Positions 20,078-32,221 of a stretch of DNA of 64,000 bases are shown here, piece by piece. The stretch spans positions 1 through 64,000 of the forward strand of contig CAVVMW010000016.1 of the NCBI GenBank assembly GCA_963749495.1, given 5' to 3'. The notes below the pieces were generated by a model, which ran no database searches, was not told the DNA's origin, and saw nothing but the letters and a program-made list of their open reading frames with translations. The stretch comes from an uncultured bacterium (GTDB lineage Bacteria > Verrucomicrobiota > Verrucomicrobiia > Limisphaerales > UBA8199). The stretch's first letter is position 1, and each line of letters begins with the position of its first letter. The position numbers and the translations under genes are program-made.

Positions 20078-21048
20078 CAGTCGGGGTACCCGTCCGGGTG
20101 CTGCTTGTGCCACGCCCAGGCGGAGGCGACGATGTCTTCGAGCTTGGGGAACTGCGGCGCCCAGCCCAGCTCGCGGATGGCCTTTTGCGCGGAGGCCACG
20201 AGTTTGGGCGGGTCGCCCGGGCGGCGGGGCCTTTCCAGGGCCGGGATGGGCTGGCCCGTGACCTTTTCGCAGGCCCGGATGACTTCGCGGACGGAGTAGC
20301 CGTCGCCGTTGCCCAGGTTGTAGAAGCCTTGTTTGCCCGGGGCCAGGGCCAGGATGTGCGCCTGCGCCAGGTCCACGATGTGGATGTAGTCGCGGATACA
20401 GGTGCCGTCCGGGGTCGGATAATCGGTGCCGAAGATTTCGCAGTGGGACCTCTGGCCCAGGGGCACCTTGAGCACATTGGGGATGAGATGGGTCTCGACG
20501 CGATGGTGCTCGCCGAACCTGGGGGAGGCTCCGGCGGCGTTGAAGTAGCGGAAGGCCACGAATTCCAATCCGCGCAACTGGCCATACCAGTGCAGCATCC
20601 GCTCGAACATCAGTTTGGACTCGCCGTAAGGATTGATCGGACGTTGCGGCAATTCCTCGGTCATCGGCACCCGGTCGGGCGGCCCGTAGGTGGCGCACGT
20701 CGAGCTGAACACGAATTTCTTCACCGCGGCATCCAGGGCGGCCTCCAGCAGCTTGTGGCCGTTGGCCACGTTGTTGTGAAAATACTTGCCCGGATTGGCC
20801 ATGGATTCGCCCACCAGCGCGCTGGCGGCGAAATGGAGGATGGCATCGGGGCGGGCCTCCTTGACGGCGTCCCGCAAGTGGCGCGGTTCCTCGGGCTGGC
20901 CGGCAATGAAGCGCGCCCTGGAGTCCACCGCCGAACGATGGCCCTCGCTCAGATCGTCATAGACCGCCACCTGGTGCCCCGCCTCCAGGAGCCCCTCAAC
21001 GCAGATCGAACCGATGTAACCGGCGCCGCCCGTGACGAAAACATTCAT
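20077..21048 (-). CDS. galE: UDP-glucose 4-epimerase
   Basis: TGGAGYIGS, HFAA, FSS, YGESK, RYFNAAGA, DGTCIRDYIH. Confidence 0.95.
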   Translation of the reverse strand: MNVFVTGGAGYIGSICVEGLLEAGHQVAVYDDLSEGHRSAVDSRARFIAGQPEEPRHLRDAVKEARPDAILHFAASALVGESMANPGKYFHNNVANGHKLLEAALDAAVKKFVFSSTCATYGPPDRVPMTEELPQRPINPYGESKLMFERMLHWYGQLRGLEFVAFRYFNAAGASPRFGEHHRVETHLIPNVLKVPLGQRSHCEIFGTDYPTPDGTCIRDYIHIVDLAQAHILALAPGKQGFYNLGNGDGYSVREVIRACEKVTGQPIPALERPRRPGDPPKLVASAQKAIRELGWAPQFPKLEDIVASAWAWHKQHPDGYPD

Positions 21049-21510
21049 GGAAAACACACTAGTGGGGTGTCCCTGTTTCTGCCAAATCATTTCGCTGCCA
21101 GTCTGCCGCCCGAGTGCGATGCAGGGTGTCCGGCGCCCGCTCTGGGGCTGCCCCGGAGGGGCACCTGACAATAGCCCAACGCTTCAGTTGGGTTGTGCGG
21201 GTGACCAGATGAGGGGGGCCTTGGTTTCGTCCGGCAGTCCAAAACGTAACGGCCCTCCGCCCCGTCCGGCCACATCTTCGCGCTCTGGGACCGTTTTTGG
21301 GGAGTCATGGAAAACGCTGATTCCACTTCTGAGATGCGGTCTGGCGAGACCCCCGGTCGGGATTACAAACTGGCCCAAAAAACCGTAAAAAAGAAGCTTG
21401 ACGGGCTAGGACTGGAAGTTCAGCCTGACATGGAGTATTAGTAACCGTGGGGGCTAAAGCCCCAAAACGGCATGATTGTTGGTTCAACAATCAAGGAATC
21501 TAATGGATAA

Positions 21511-21693
21511 ATGAAGACTCTTGAGCAGACCGTAGCTGACGCAGAAGCGAAGGCTAAGAAAATCATCGAGCAGTCCGCACCGATAAGGGATGACTTTGCC
21601 GCTGGACGCCCGAATAGTTCTGAAGAGTCCACTGCGGAAGGAACTCTCCGGGCTTTGGAGATTATCCTCCGTTCATTGCCGGAAAAAGAATAA
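21511..21693 (+). CDS. Small hypothetical protein in lower-GC islet
   Basis: 60 aa helical-looking ORF, GGA RBS, AT-rich upstream. Confidence 0.55.
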   Translation: MKTLEQTVADAEAKAKKIIEQSAPIRDDFAAGRPNSSEESTAEGTLRALEIILRSLPEKE

Positions 21694-21757
21694 TCTCCCG
21701 CCCGCATCTGGGCCAAATTGCTGCGCCACGCTTTGTGGGACGGTCTTTTTGACACTA

Positions 21758-22308
21758 TGTCTCCGAAGGAACCTGTCATGACAATTGAAGAGGCGAAGGT
21801 GAAGGAAGACAAAATGCGGCATAAGCGCGTGACGACACTTTGTGGCGCCTACCAAATGATGGCGGACAAGTACAAGGCGGTCGCCGAGGGGACATGGCTC
21901 CACGATGGTCTCGTGGCGGCAACGGTTGAGAGCTACATCAGAGACTACAATGCTTTGGTAGGTAGGTACAACATCCATGGTCGAATAGCAAAGCACAAGA
22001 TAGCTGGTCTTATGGCCGCGGGCATACTCAAATCCCGGCCTGTCCAGCTTGTCAACGACAAGGGAGCAGCCGCTCGCACTTCCAAAGATAATGAAGAATT
22101 GGCGTTTCTTCACGGTTTGGCAATCTGTGCAGAAGGACATGGAGAACAGAGAATCAAGGCTCTCCTGACCCTCCCCAATTTTCACGTCTGGCACGAGGAT
22201 TTGATTTACCTCTTTCATCGACGGCCTGATTCAGCGGAGTGCTTCAGCATGGTTTTTGAAACGCTGAGCCTCACGTATTTCCCAGGCAACCTCGCCACCG
22301 GCCCCTAA
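21758..22308 (+). CDS. Hypothetical protein in lower-GC islet
   Basis: Globular-looking ORF (HKIAG, NEELA motifs); start uncertain. Confidence 0.65.
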
Positions 22309-22360
22309 CCGGGATGCCCTTCGGAAGCGCCGACCGCCTACTGGGAGGGTGGCGCAGGGT

Positions 22361-22580
22361 GGGCCTTCCTTGACGGGGTCCCGCAAGGGGCGCGGTTCCT
22401 CGGCAGGCCGGCAATGAAGCGCGCCCTCGAATCCACCGCCGAACGATGGCCCTCGCTCAGATCGTCATAGACCGCCACCTGTTGCCCCGCCTCCAGGAGC
22501 CCCTCAACGCAGATCGAACCGATGTAACCGGCGCCGCCGGTGACGAAAACATTCATGGACGACACACTAGTGGGGTGTCC
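22361..22580 (-). pseudogene. galE: Degenerate duplicate of galE 5' end and upstream region (matches 20853-21072)
   Basis: MNVFVTGGAGYIGSICVEGLLEAGQQVAVYDDLSEGHRSAVDSRARFIAG then frameshift and divergence. Confidence 0.92.
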
Positions 22581-22639
22581 TGGAAATGGCTACACATTTG
22601 CGGCAATGGGTTCTCCATCGGGCGCAGCTTTGCCCCGAG

Positions 22640-22836
22640 GGCGCGTCGCGGAGCAACGCAGTGAAGGTAGCCGTGGACCTCGGTCCACGGGTTGCGGCGT
22701 GGGAGCGGTCCAGCGTCGCGTAGCGACGCCTGACGGCCTCGCGGTTTTCAGGCGTCGCTACGCGACGCGGTTCGAACCTGGGCCATGGGTCCGTGGACTG
22801 GAAGTCCACGGCTACCATCGGGCACCGCTACGCGGT
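22640..22836. repeat. REP-like cluster (family E, CGTCGCGTAGCGACG / GTAGCCGTGGAC); copy 52415-52667
   Basis: Two related palindromic copies. Confidence 0.85.
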
Positions 22837-22841
22837 GAGAA

Positions 22842-22899
22842 TTTCTGCTTGCCAAACCCGGGGCGGCCCGGGCATTTTTTGACATGGCAGCCCATAGAG
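22842..22899 (+). repeat. Direct duplicate of guaB promoter and first codons (matches 29074-29131)
   Basis: TTTCTGCTTGCCAAACSCGGGGCGGCCCGGGCATTTTTTGACATGGCAGC, 49/50 identical, extends to 55/58. Confidence 0.92.
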
Positions 22900-23531
22900 T
22901 TGTTGTCAAGAGTGCAAGAAAACCGCTGCCTTGACCGTTAGGAGGCTGCGCACGCGCCCGCTTCGCTTGCGCGTCCGTCGCCGCCGAAACCGAGCCTTCT
23001 CTCGAACACCCTGGTCTTCTCCCCTGTCTTTACGCCCAGGAGTGGCGACGCGGTCCTGGTCGCCGTTGATGTAGTGGACGTGGTCAAAGGCGTCGTCGTT
23101 GGGCTGCTGCTCGCGGTCCAGGGCATCCTGGTGCTCTCGGCCTTCGTCACCCACCTCGTCATCAACGGCAAGGTCGTCCTCTTCCGGTTCCAGCCCATGC
23201 TCGGCAGTGGCGGCAGGTCGCCCCAGCTGCCGGTGCTGGAGACCGTCGTGGACTACGAGGTTGACGCCGAGTCGACGTGGACCTGGCGGTGGTCTCCGGT
23301 CATGGCCCGGTTGTTGTCCTCGTCGCGGGCACCTGCGCCAGCTTGAGAGGCCGTTGTTACCGTGGTCGATGCCGTGCTCCTGGAGGGCGGATGTCAGCGC
23401 ATGTCCTCCTGCGCCCGAAGGCCCCAAGAAGGCACCGGTGCGCAGCAGCGATGCCCCTGGCGGGTGCTCAGCGTAGAGTGACGCTCGGCTTTTCGATTGA
23501 CTTCCAAGCTGGGCCGTTATTGAATCGCGCC

Positions 23532-23897
23532 ATGACCCACAAACCTACCCGAAAGGACTTGGCTATGGCTGGCGGCCTGCTATTTGCCCTCTTGTGGCTC
23601 GCCTTCGTATGGCCGACACCATGGCGCGAGTATAAGGCGGGAAGTCGCAATCTGCGCGTGAACCGATTCACCGGGAAAACCGCGTATTTGACGACCTCGG
23701 GTTGGCGATCAGATTCGGGCAGCCGAGAAGGCTTGGGGATTTCAGACTTGCTTGGTAGTCCGGTTCAGTGGGTTGGAGCCGTCACTGTTGTAGGTGCTGC
23801 GGGGTTACTGTTTTGGCTGCTGGTTCACCCCGGAAAGCGCCGAAATGAAAGGGCACCGGAAGAAGGCGACAGTGGCGGGCCGCACAGCCCCACATAG
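23532..23897 (+). CDS. Small two-TM membrane protein
   Basis: Two hydrophobic segments, RVNRFTG motif. Confidence 0.55.
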   Translation: MTHKPTRKDLAMAGGLLFALLWLAFVWPTPWREYKAGSRNLRVNRFTGKTAYLTTSGWRSDSGSREGLGISDLLGSPVQWVGAVTVVGAAGLLFWLLVHPGKRRNERAPEEGDSGGPHSPT

Positions 23898-24101
23898 GGC
23901 CTTTAGCCTCCCCCCGGCGGGCCTGCCTGTTGGGGGCATATATGTCAAAAATGCGCCTTTGGGCGCACTAGAGTCCTTGAATTTCAAAACGTGATGCAGA
24001 CAGGTCAAGTTTGTGGCACGGGCATCCTGCCCGTGGGGGCTTGGGCAGGATGCCCGAGCCACGGTCTGAGGCCCAGCCTCGCTAGTGAAAGCTCAAATGT
24101 A

Positions 24102-24425
24102 ATGAATTCAGCACGTCCCTACCCCCACGTTATGCCGTGGTACACTCCCGCCCAATGGGCGAAGGTCAGAAGTCTCTCCGACGACCCTGATTCCATGGGG
24201 TCGTCGTACGAGGTTTGGCTCAAGGCGCAGGAGGAGTTTGCGAATCTCGCGGAGTCCCCGACTGTCGCTGTGTACAAGGTTTATCTTGATGCTGACAAAC
24301 TCCTCGCCTACGCCAAGGGGAACAACCGCAAAATCAATGCCGATATACGAGTGCTTTGCGCCATTGATACTTACGGACTCTCTGGAGGTTCTGCGACTTG
24401 CATCTCTCCTTTTAGGAGGCGTTGA
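24102..24425 (+). CDS. Hypothetical protein
   Basis: WYTPAQWAKVRSLSDDPDSMGSSYEVWLK, protein-like composition. Confidence 0.65.
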   Translation: MNSARPYPHVMPWYTPAQWAKVRSLSDDPDSMGSSYEVWLKAQEEFANLAESPTVAVYKVYLDADKLLAYAKGNNRKINADIRVLCAIDTYGLSGGSATCISPFRRR

Positions 24426-24883
24426 ATCTTGATATTCTTCGGCCCTACCAAGGCGTCACGCCCGCCAAGACGCCCTGGGCGACGCCCGCCGGCGCGGCGG
24501 AAATGAGGCTGTTTAAGTTCGTGAGCGTGCTCGGCCCGGAAACGCCGGACAGCGAGGTGCCTGCCTTCGCACCAGCCATCCGCCGCCCTGCTTTTCGCTC
24601 CAAGGCTTCCGGTCATGCTGAGGTATTGCCCGCGACCCTATGGTTCTTCGAGAAAGGCAACCCGAATGTCCGTGAGCGCCACCAGGAGCGCGTACTTGTA
24701 CGGGGCGACGACGAGGGGACTAGTACTCCAGACGCGGGCTTGAGCACATCGTTCTGCCGCCAAGTTGCACGCAGCTTATAGCCCTCACGCCGGGCAGGCC
24801 AGAACCCTCTCCGGGGCGATGCCGTTAGCAAACTAGCTACGGCGCCCGCCACTCGCCTGGCTCCCGTTCGCTGGGTCGCCTCG

Positions 24884-25228
24884 TTAGCTCTCCTGGAGGA
24901 GCCCTTTTTCTTTAAGGCGCTTCTCAATTATCTCCCGAGCCTTCATCATCTCCTTATATCTGGTAACAGCAGAGTCCGCCCAGAATTGCTTTCGCGCCAA
25001 ATCATGGTCGGCCTCCCTTTCATTGTGCTGCCAAAGCACAAGGGTCAAGTTGGCATAGCCGGTAAGTGCTGCAAGCTCCGCCTGCTCCTCAACGTTCTTT
25101 TGTGCCAGACGCAGCCTGTCGAGCAGCTTCGTCTGGAACGCACGTGAGAACCAGAGTGTCAGCAATGACCCAACCATTGCGCCCAGAAGCGCCGAGACGG
25201 CTCCTTCAAACAAGGCATCGTGTGACAT
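24884..25228 (-). CDS. Hypothetical protein with N-terminal TM helix
   Basis: AVSALLGAMVGSLLTLWF then helical region; lower GC. Confidence 0.65.
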   Translation of the reverse strand: MSHDALFEGAVSALLGAMVGSLLTLWFSRAFQTKLLDRLRLAQKNVEEQAELAALTGYANLTLVLWQHNEREADHDLARKQFWADSAVTRYKEMMKAREIIEKRLKEKGLLQES

Positions 25229-25425
25229 AGTATGTTTCAGGACATTACATCACCCAAATTCAAGATGCAACCCAGTTATTCCGTCACGTAGCTCGCGACC
25301 ACCTCTCCGCGAGCGTCACCAATTTCCGAGGCCAGCCACGGCAAGGAGATGGCCAAGGTCCCTCCGGGCGGCGTGGTTGGGCCCACCGCAGGTCGGCGTA
25401 ACGAGGTCCGGCGCGCAGGTGGTAC

Positions 25426-26049
25426 TCATGGCGCGGATACATGCAGGTCTCTCGCAAGCCACCATATCGAAATAATTGCACCAAGGGTAAGCCCCCAACA
25501 CATCCAACCGACAAACCAAATGGCTTTTCGTGCCGCGAAAACCGAAATGTCCTCTGGAGCGTTCTCTTTGAACACTTCGAGCGCGATGCGGAAGATGCCT
25601 TGCCGGATGGGTTCCCAAGCTGCTGCGTGCAATCGGCCTAATGGAACGAAGAAGCCAGTATCCGGTTTGCCCCTGTGCCGAAGCGAAAACCTGTTCAGGA
25701 AATGCCCAAACTCTCCCACAATCGGAGGAACTATCGCAAGACACAACAACCTTCCGTCGGGTACGGACCAGGTTCGGCCCAACTCAACTGCGACCCAGAG
25801 GCAGGCCGCCCCTGCGAATAAACCGCATACCGCCCCCTGTACAAGCGCCCGCACAGCGGAAAGCCGCCAAAAGCCACGAATGGCGTGAACGAGCAGGGTG
25901 ACCAACCCCGACACGATGCTGCCGATGAAAAGCCCTATAACAAAGGCTAACTCTGAACCAAGTGCAACAAGCAAGCATTTAACCATGCTGAGCGCAAGAA
26001 ACGCCCTTTTGCCCTTAAAAGTCAAGTGCCTAACCGCGCCTTTGGGCAC
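25426..26049 (-). CDS. Hypothetical multi-pass membrane protein
   Basis: Several hydrophobic segments; start uncertain. Confidence 0.55.
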   Translation of the reverse strand: MPKGAVRHLTFKGKRAFLALSMVKCLLVALGSELAFVIGLFIGSIVSGLVTLLVHAIRGFWRLSAVRALVQGAVCGLFAGAACLWVAVELGRTWSVPDGRLLCLAIVPPIVGEFGHFLNRFSLRHRGKPDTGFFVPLGRLHAAAWEPIRQGIFRIALEVFKENAPEDISVFAARKAIWFVGWMCWGLTLGAIISIWWLARDLHVSAP

Positions 26050-26074
26050 TGCTCACGTCCTGGCGGCAGGAGTC

Positions 26075-26653
26075 TCAAACGCAGCCTGGGGAGTCAATGG
26101 CGGTCGAGGCTGCCTCTATCCAAAGTTGACAGGCTGCGCGCAAGACATCGTCTGGATTTGCTTTTTCAGCCATCGCTGCCTTCGCAGCATACGCCGCCGC
26201 TCTCGCTGCTGATGAAGTTGCTTCTCCTACTCTTTTCGCTCCCCAAGCCGCCTCCGCAGCAGCCCAGCTTGCTTCCCCGGTCGCCCCGTGCGCTGCCCAC
26301 TTTGCTTCCCGATTCGCATCCACTTGGCCGAGCTTCATAATGCAATAATCCCGCGCCGCCTGCGCCGCCTCTAATGCTGTCGTCGTGTTAAAGGCGTTGC
26401 GGCATTGGATTCGGATATTCTCCGGCAGCCAGCCGATCCCTGCGATGACCCGCTTGACGGTCAGAATAGCGATTTGCTTGACCGTGCATTTGGCGTGTTC
26501 TTGGTCCCACTTCCTCCAATCCTTGACGGCAGCCATGAGGGGTAGCATAGCTTCCGTTCTAACTTCTTCGCTTGACCAGCACGCGTCGTTGAGAGGGCTG
26601 TAGTTCATGCCGAGATCGTATTGCGATTCTGCGTGCTTCTGTTCTGCCGCCAA
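26075..26653 (-). CDS. Ala-rich helical hypothetical protein with Sel1-repeat remnant at N-terminus (possible chimera)
   Basis: AAEQKHAESQYDLGMNY (Sel1-like), LNDACWSSEEVR, Ala-rich repeats. Confidence 0.5.
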   Translation of the reverse strand: MAAEQKHAESQYDLGMNYSPLNDACWSSEEVRTEAMLPLMAAVKDWRKWDQEHAKCTVKQIAILTVKRVIAGIGWLPENIRIQCRNAFNTTTALEAAQAARDYCIMKLGQVDANREAKWAAHGATGEASWAAAEAAWGAKRVGEATSSAARAAAYAAKAAMAEKANPDDVLRAACQLWIEAASTAIDSPGCV

Positions 26654-26801
26654 GAAAGGAGGCGTGGCCTAATCACATTGAAGTGCTGCGCGGTTATCCT
26701 CTCCAGTTCCTCATCGGCCCCGATGTGGTCGCCCGGTTCGAGCCAGGCCGGAGCGGCTCGACGGTGTGGACTGTGCGGCGGCTCAAACGGCTTCACTTTG
26801 C

Positions 26802-28010
26802 TCATGCGGAGGGCTTGGACTTCTCTCTCTGGAGGTCGCGCAGCAACTTTTCAATCATGCGGCGATACCCAGGCGGGTCGCTGGCCCAGCCACAGGCATC
26901 AGCGACAAACTTCTTCGTTACATCCGCCTTCCGTTCATGTTCCCAACCTTTGAGAATGAAATCGTCGAGGCGGACGGGAAAGAGGACATCGCAGTCCACT
27001 TCCGAATCTCCCGCGAGCTTACGCTTCAGGCGCTCGTCCTCCTGGACCAGGGCACGCTCAATCTCGCGGTTGACGGCTGGGCTTTTCAGCGATGACTCAC
27101 TGGCGATGAGGACGAGTTTGTCGTAATCCCGAATGGCTCTGTCAATCTCACCCAGGAGACTCCGGCCTGTGCGGGCATCACGGTCCCATTTCCAACAACG
27201 AATGCCATTGGCCTGAAAATCATTATAGAGGCGAGTGGCAAATTCCTCGTCCTCCGTCGAATGGCTGATGAAGCACGTATAGAACTCGAACGGTGCCCCG
27301 TTCAGCAATGCGGCATATCGGATAAAGCTATCGGGCACGCCAGCGCCTCGCAGAAAGGCATCTGGAATCTTGCCCTTCGAGAGGAGGAACGTGTTGATAC
27401 CGAGAGAGGAAGGCCCATGGTGAATGACGGACTCCAGTCCTTTGACCTCACTGAGGTCTGTGTTCGTCAGCACGGTATCAGATAAGTCAGCGTCGCTAAA
27501 GACCGCCTCGCGGAGGCTCGCTCGGTGGAAGTTGGCCCATTGGAGGATGGTTCCGCTGAGATTGGCCCCGCTGAGATTCGCCCTACTAAGGTCAGCCCTG
27601 AAGAGGTCGGCTTCGCTAAAACTGGCCTTGCTGAGGTTGGCCTTGCTGAGGTTGGTCTGGGGTAGGTCCGCCTGGCTGAGGTCTGCCTGGCTGAGGTCTG
27701 CCTGGCTGAGGTTGGCTCCGCTGAAGTTGGCCTGAGAGAGATTAGCGCCGCTGAGGTCAGCCTTGAAGAGGTTGGCGAAGATGAGCTTAGCCTGGCTGAG
27801 GTTGGCCTGACTGAGGTTGGCCCCGCAGAGTTTGGCCTCGTTGAGGATGGCTCCGCTGAGGTCGGCTCCGCTGAGGTCGGCCTTCCTGGAGTCCTCCCCG
27901 TCGAGGTTGGCCTCGCGAAGGTCTGGGTGGATTTGCGGCTGGTCCTGCCTCCATTGATTCCACGCCTCAATGCCCTGCCGCAGAATCTTCAAATGTTCGG
28001 GGTTTGCCAT
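26802..28010 (-). CDS. Pentapeptide-repeat + TIR domain protein
   Basis: Long A[ND]LS[GQ] repeat run; CFISHS..D..FA.RL, SESSLKSPAVNREIE, LFPVRLD. Confidence 0.92.
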   Translation of the reverse strand: MANPEHLKILRQGIEAWNQWRQDQPQIHPDLREANLDGEDSRKADLSGADLSGAILNEAKLCGANLSQANLSQAKLIFANLFKADLSGANLSQANFSGANLSQADLSQADLSQADLPQTNLSKANLSKASFSEADLFRADLSRANLSGANLSGTILQWANFHRASLREAVFSDADLSDTVLTNTDLSEVKGLESVIHHGPSSLGINTFLLSKGKIPDAFLRGAGVPDSFIRYAALLNGAPFEFYTCFISHSTEDEEFATRLYNDFQANGIRCWKWDRDARTGRSLLGEIDRAIRDYDKLVLIASESSLKSPAVNREIERALVQEDERLKRKLAGDSEVDCDVLFPVRLDDFILKGWEHERKADVTKKFVADACGWASDPPGYRRMIEKLLRDLQREKSKPSA

Positions 28011-28099
28011 ATCATCCCTTGCTACCAGCACTCCCAGACAGACTCAACAACAAAGTCATGCCGCTGCCGTTGCCATCGCGGGAACCTCTCGGCCAGAAC

Positions 28100-28440
28100 C
28101 GACTACCTCCGGCTGCTTCGAGGCTCGTGGCCCGGCCACGTTCAAAACCCGGATTTGGTGCTCGCGAGTGAGGCGCAGCAGTTCCTGGTTCGGGCGATCC
28201 AGGACCGCCCGTGCGGGCAACGTGGAGATTTCTGTCTGAGGACAAGCTCCTGCGCTGCTGCACGTCGGGGCCGGGCCGTGTCCAGATGGTACAGGGCCGG
28301 GAGGGCGTGGCAGCAGGCCCACGCGTAAAGCCGCCTGACGGCGGGGTTGTCGTCCAGGGTCAAGACCCAAGGCCGCGCGTTGCGCAGCAGCCTGGAGAGT
28401 GCGAGATGCTCGGCCAAGGTCATCTTTAGGGGATACACCC
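28100..28440 (-). pseudogene. Gene fragments: DNA adenine methylase-like C-terminus and SLOG/molybdenum-carrier-like C-terminus
   Basis: PWVLTLDDNPAVRRLY...ELVL; REHQIRVLNVAGPRASKQPE. Confidence 0.5.
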
Positions 28441-29115
28441 GGTCAGTGAAGGCGGAGACAGCGTCCCCGGCGGACCCAGCCCTCTCCCCTTCCGAAAGGG
28501 GAGAGGGAGAGGCGTCGGCAGTCTCTTGAATTTCGAGGGTTGTGCGGCCGTCAGCAATGAGTCCCGAAGGGACGGCTGACAATTCCGCTGCCGTTCAACC
28601 GTCCCTCCGGGACGGAGGGGCTTTTATCACGCTGCCACCCAATGCTGAAGCGCTTGTCGTTAACCACATCTCCTGAGCCGTCATATCAATTCCCCTTTTG
28701 AGCAGGCGGGGGAAAGGCCTGAGGAGCATGCCGGTTTTAGCCGCCAAAGGCGCCCTTGAAAGCAGCCGGCGGCAACGCCCGGCCAACCCGGACGGTTGGC
28801 AGAAGGTAGCCGGGGGTCGCCGTCCAGCGGCGACCCCCGGTTGAGGGCGTCGGTGGCCCTGCACCCCGGCGGGGTGCCAGAAGAGCACACGTTGGCGGCG
28901 GGCGCCTTCTGGCATCCCTCCGGGATGCAATCCCTTGCCGTCGCGGCACCGGGGGTCTCGCAGCGCTTCGACCCCCGGCTACCTTCTGACATCCCTCCGG
29001 GATGAGAAATGTGCCTTCGGCACAGGGGCCCGTCGGCGCTTGACCGGCACTTTTGATGCTGCCCCTGCCGCGCTTTCTGCTTGCCAAACGCGGGGCGGCC
29101 CGGGCATTTTTTGAC

Positions 29116-30680
<1,565 letters not shown>

Positions 30681-30724
30681 CCCACCAGTCCGACCGGTCC
30701 GACCGGTCAGACGGGTCCGCCTCC

Positions 30725-30949
30725 TCAGAACTGGATCGGGTCATTGGTCTGTCCGCACTGTGAGCAGCGCGAACGGTCCACGTCCGGGTCGTCGGTATAG
30801 ACGTAGCCGCAGCGCCCGCACCGGAAGATGCGGTCTTTGCTGGAGGCCGGCTGGAAGCTGCGGCGGCGCATCTCCGAGTAGATGGCGGCGCCCAGCACGC
30901 CGGCCAGCAGAACGACGACATAAGCCAGGATCAAGTTGGCGGTGGACAT
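30725..30949 (-). CDS. Small membrane-anchored Zn-ribbon protein
   Basis: TM helix then CGRC...CSQC. Confidence 0.7.
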   Translation of the reverse strand: MSTANLILAYVVVLLAGVLGAAIYSEMRRRSFQPASSKDRIFRCGRCGYVYTDDPDVDRSRCSQCGQTNDPIQF

Positions 30950-30960
30950 AGGGTCCAGGT

Positions 30961-31759
30961 CTATTTGAGGGCAGGCGCGTTGGTGGGCTGCAAGGGCAGC
31001 GTGTGCCACTCGAAGACCAGCCAGCCCCAGGTCAGATGGGCCAGGGGGACGGGCAGCGGCGGGGGTTGCTGGGCGCCGGGGCTGGGGGGGCCGAAGCGAA
31101 GGGTCCTGGACTGGGCCAGGGCGTAATCGTCGGCCTTTGGCAAGCCGCTGCCATGGAGGAGGGTGGGGGAGAAGGGCCGGCCCTGGGCATCGACGAGCAT
31201 CTGGACGACGGTGTTGGTCAGCAGTTCGTTGTGCTGCCATGGGGGCAGGTCCAGCGGGGTCAGCAAAGGGCGCCTGGCAAGCTCGCCTTCGATTCGCAGC
31301 CGGGATCGATCCAGGGCGAGCGGGAGCGGCGGCGGCTCCAGCAGCGCCCATTCGGTCTGCACGGCTCCAGCCACTTGCAGGGGATCCATGGCGCCGGGCT
31401 CGGCTGGCAGGGGCGGCACCACGCCCAGCCGGGCTGCGGCCAACTGCAGATAACGGGGCTCCTCCGACCAATCGGGCGGACGACTCGGGACCGGCAGCGA
31501 CTGCAGCCAGCCCGGTCCGGAGAATCCGTGCCGATGAGGCAGCACGAACAACGTCGGGTCCCTCAGCGCCAGCGACTCGGTTCGAGCCCGCCTCGACCAG
31601 GCGGAGGATGGGCGTGCGCCGTGCCGGGCGGGGAGAAACCGGGCCGCGCTCACCCAACAGGAAAATCAAGCCGACCTGGACAGCGAACACAGCGGCAACG
31701 GCGCTCCACCAGCGCCGCCGCCTCCGCCAACCGGCCTCTCCGACCGAAGAAAACCTCAT
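30961..31759 (-). CDS. Membrane-anchored Pro-rich protein, TonB C-terminal-like (frameshift near 31590)
   Basis: N-terminal TM; VDAQG..S..LL.GSG...AD..AL; follows exbD. Confidence 0.55.
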
Positions 31760-31780
31760 AGTCCGTAGTCCGAGGGCACC

Positions 31781-32221
31781 TCAGCGCGTGGCGCCGGAGC
31801 GGGTCTGGGCAAAGGGCCTGGGGAGCGTCGCCAGCCACATCTCCCGGATGCCGGCGCTGCGGGCCAGCAGCCACACCCGGATGAGCGTTTCGTACCTCAC
31901 CGCCCGGTCGGCGGCCACGATGAGCGTGAGCGGTTCCCGCGCCGTGCCCGCCGCCTTGCGCAACCGCGCCCGCAGTTCGGCCTCATCCACCATCTGGTTC
32001 TCGAAGTAGAGCCGCCCGCTGGCGTCGATGGCCACCTCCACGCTCGGCTTGTCCATGCCCGGCAGGTCGTCGGCCGTCGGCAGATCCAGCGGCACCCGGA
32101 TGCCCGGCGTATAGACCAGCGAGGAAAGCATCACGAAGAGCAGCAACAAAAAGAGCACCGTTGCGAACGGCGCGGCGTCGAGCCGCCCGCGGAAGATCCT
32201 GGCATTGCGCGGGAACTTCAC
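31781..32221 (-). CDS. exbD: Biopolymer transport protein ExbD
   Basis: APFATVLFLLLLF, LDLP, IVAADRAVRY. Confidence 0.85.
   Translation of the reverse strand: MKFPRNARIFRGRLDAAPFATVLFLLLLFVMLSSLVYTPGIRVPLDLPTADDLPGMDKPSVEVAIDASGRLYFENQMVDEAELRARLRKAAGTAREPLTLIVAADRAVRYETLIRVWLLARSAGIREMWLATLPRPFAQTRSGATR

Noticed and set aside
22906..23476. ORFs on both strands at the start of the guaB islet
   Set aside because: No recognisable motif or clear start; the coding strand cannot be decided
22900..29073. Integron cassette array or prophage
   Set aside because: No integrase, no repeated attC-like sites and no phage structural genes
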